In this document: positions 62,740 to 64,000 of the stretch, one piece after another
Layout: every line of letters begins with the position of its first letter
Position numbering within the stretch: position 1 is the stretch's first letter
Translations under genes and position numbers: made by a program
Source of the DNA: Nitrospirota bacterium
Lineage (GTDB): Bacteria; Nitrospirota; Thermodesulfovibrionia; Thermodesulfovibrionales; UBA9159
DNA length: 64,000 bases
Reading direction: 5' to 3'
NCBI GenBank assembly: GCA_963699545.1
Contig: CAVOUE010000005.1
Span: 320,001 to 384,000, forward strand
The notes under the pieces: generated by a model
The model's input: the letters and a program-made list of their open reading frames with translations, nothing else
Told to the model about the DNA's origin: nothing
Database searches by the model: none

Positions 62740-62927
62740 TTATGCAGAGCACAGATGCATGGCAATTGGCTTTTGGCTGTTGCTTGGAGCTGATTTGGTG
62801 AGCCTGTAAAGGATGAGGGCGTGATTGATGAATAAGATGAAAGCAGTTTCAACAGCGCAATCGTGCCAGGCATCTTGAGCGCTGGGAACGCTCAGTCTTA
62901 TTGAGAGCTTGGGATTCCGGATTCTCG

Positions 62928-64000
62928 TTACACTTCTTCCCCGTCGATCGCCTTCCGCACCAGCTTCGCCATCTCCGCTACCCTGTACGGCTTGTTCAGG
63001 AATCCGAGAACCCCTGACTCCCTCAACCCGTTGGCCTCGTCCGCGGCGTAACCGCTGGAGATGATCACCTTGACGTCCGGGTTCATCACCTTCAGACGGC
63101 CATAGGCTTCAATGCCGTCAACCTTCGGCATGACCCTGTCCATGAGGATCAGCGCAACGTCGGCGCCACATTCACGGTAAACCCTGACCGCATCTTCACC
63201 GTCCACTGCAGTGATCACGTTATACCCCAGTCCCGTGAGGATGGAGGATCCGAGAGCCCGGATCAACTCTTCATCATCGGCCAAGAGAATCGTTTCTGTC
63301 CCCCTCGGAAGTTCCTGCTTCTCCACGTGCGTTTCCGCAGGCGCACTTTCCGCGGTGACGGCGGGAAGATACACCCTGAACTCCGAGCCCCTTCTGACCT
63401 CACTGTACAGGTTTATCCAGCCCCCGTGGGCCTTCACTATGGAATAGGTAACGGCAAGACCAAGGCCTGTGCCCTTGCCCTTGGTCTTTGTGGAGAAGAA
63501 GGGCTCAAATATCCTGTTCCTTATCTCCTCAGGAATACCCTCCCCCGTGTCCTTGACCGCCACCGTCACGTAATGCCCGGGCTTTGCATAGACATAATGC
63601 CTGCAATATTCCTCATCCACCAGCGCATCCCCGGTCCGTATTTCTATGACCCCACCCTTGCTGATGGCATCCCTTGCATTCACTACAAGGTTCATTACCA
63701 CCTGCGTTAATTGGGCCGGATCTCCATCCGCCGGCCGGATGTTCATCTTCGGTAACACGCGCATCTCGACGGTCTCCTCGACCATTCGCCTGAGCATTTT
63801 CATGGCATCCTCTATGAGGTGGTTCATATTAACGGGTTGACGGGTTGCCGGCAGCTTCCTTCCGATGAGGAGTATCTGGCGCGTAAACTCTGTCGCCTTT
63901 TCCGTCAGCTCCAGTACCCTGCCCAGGTATTCCCGTGCAGCGGGGTCGACAGAATCCTCAAGAGCCAGTTCAGAGTATCCCATGATTCCCGTGAGAATGT
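62928..64000 (-). CDS. Hybrid histidine kinase, C-terminal HisKA-HATPase-REC part (5' end outside window)
   Basis: [33 protein letters not shown]. Confidence 0.9.
   Translation of the reverse strand, partial: ILTGIMGYSELALEDSVDPAAREYLGRVLELTEKATEFTRQILLIGRKLPATRQPVNMNHLIEDAMKMLRRMVEETVEMRVLPKMNIRPADGDPAQLTQVVMNLVVNARDAISKGGVIEIRTGDALVDEEYCRHYVYAKPGHYVTVAVKDTGEGIPEEIRNRIFEPFFSTKTKGKGTGLGLAVTYSIVKAHGGWINLYSEVRRGSEFRVYLPAVTAESAPAETHVEKQELPRGTETILLADDEELIRALGSSILTGLGYNVITAVDGEDAVRVYRECGADVALILMDRVMPKVDGIEAYGRLKVMNPDVKVIISSGYAADEANGLRESGVLGFLNKPYRVAEMAKLVRKAIDGEEV

Noticed and set aside
1-64000. Genome-wide UGA reassignment (genetic code 4 or 25)
   Set aside because: TGA terminates recA, rny, thpR and others at the expected positions, and Trp is encoded by TGG
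1-64000. CRISPR array, tRNA (including tRNA-Sec), rRNA, integrase or prophage
   Set aside because: I recognised no regularly spaced repeat-spacer array, cloverleaf, rRNA-like segment or phage/integrase ORF; this was by eye only

Overview
Bacterial chromosomal window, probably from an anaerobic Nitrospirota (Thermodesulfovibrionia-like) or Desulfobacterota-like organism. The taxonomy is inferred from gene content and order, not proven. Scattered single-base frameshifts, even in alaS, suggest an unpolished long-read assembly. In order, the window holds: (1) a methyltransferase / type II FAS-PKS / ACP / membrane sensor-kinase cluster; (2) an iorAB-paaK-ACT-liv-paaK aryl-acid operon; (3) a porin and cytochrome c; (4) yceD-rpmF-plsX-fabH; (5) a membrane-bound group 1 hydrogenase operon; (6) an accessory islet with TA-like pairs, a nuclease and a DsrC-like gene, partly bracketed by repeats; (7) 6S RNA-rny-ymdB; (8) pgpA-cinA-thpR-recA-pilT-recX-alaS; (9) transporters; (10) a metal/oxyanion stress region with an ECF sigma factor. 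The top finding is the hydrogenase large subunit (26769-28478). Both Ni-ligating Cys codons of its N-terminal RxCxxC motif are in-frame TGA (RI-U-GV-U-TTVH) and are followed by SECIS-like hairpins, while the C-terminal DPCxxC motif keeps Cys. This is a candidate double-selenocysteine hydrogenase distinct from canonical [NiFeSe] enzymes. The second finding is a candidate PhcB-like lipid-signal (quorum-sensing) system with its own KS/CLF-type synthase and an adjacent sensor kinase.
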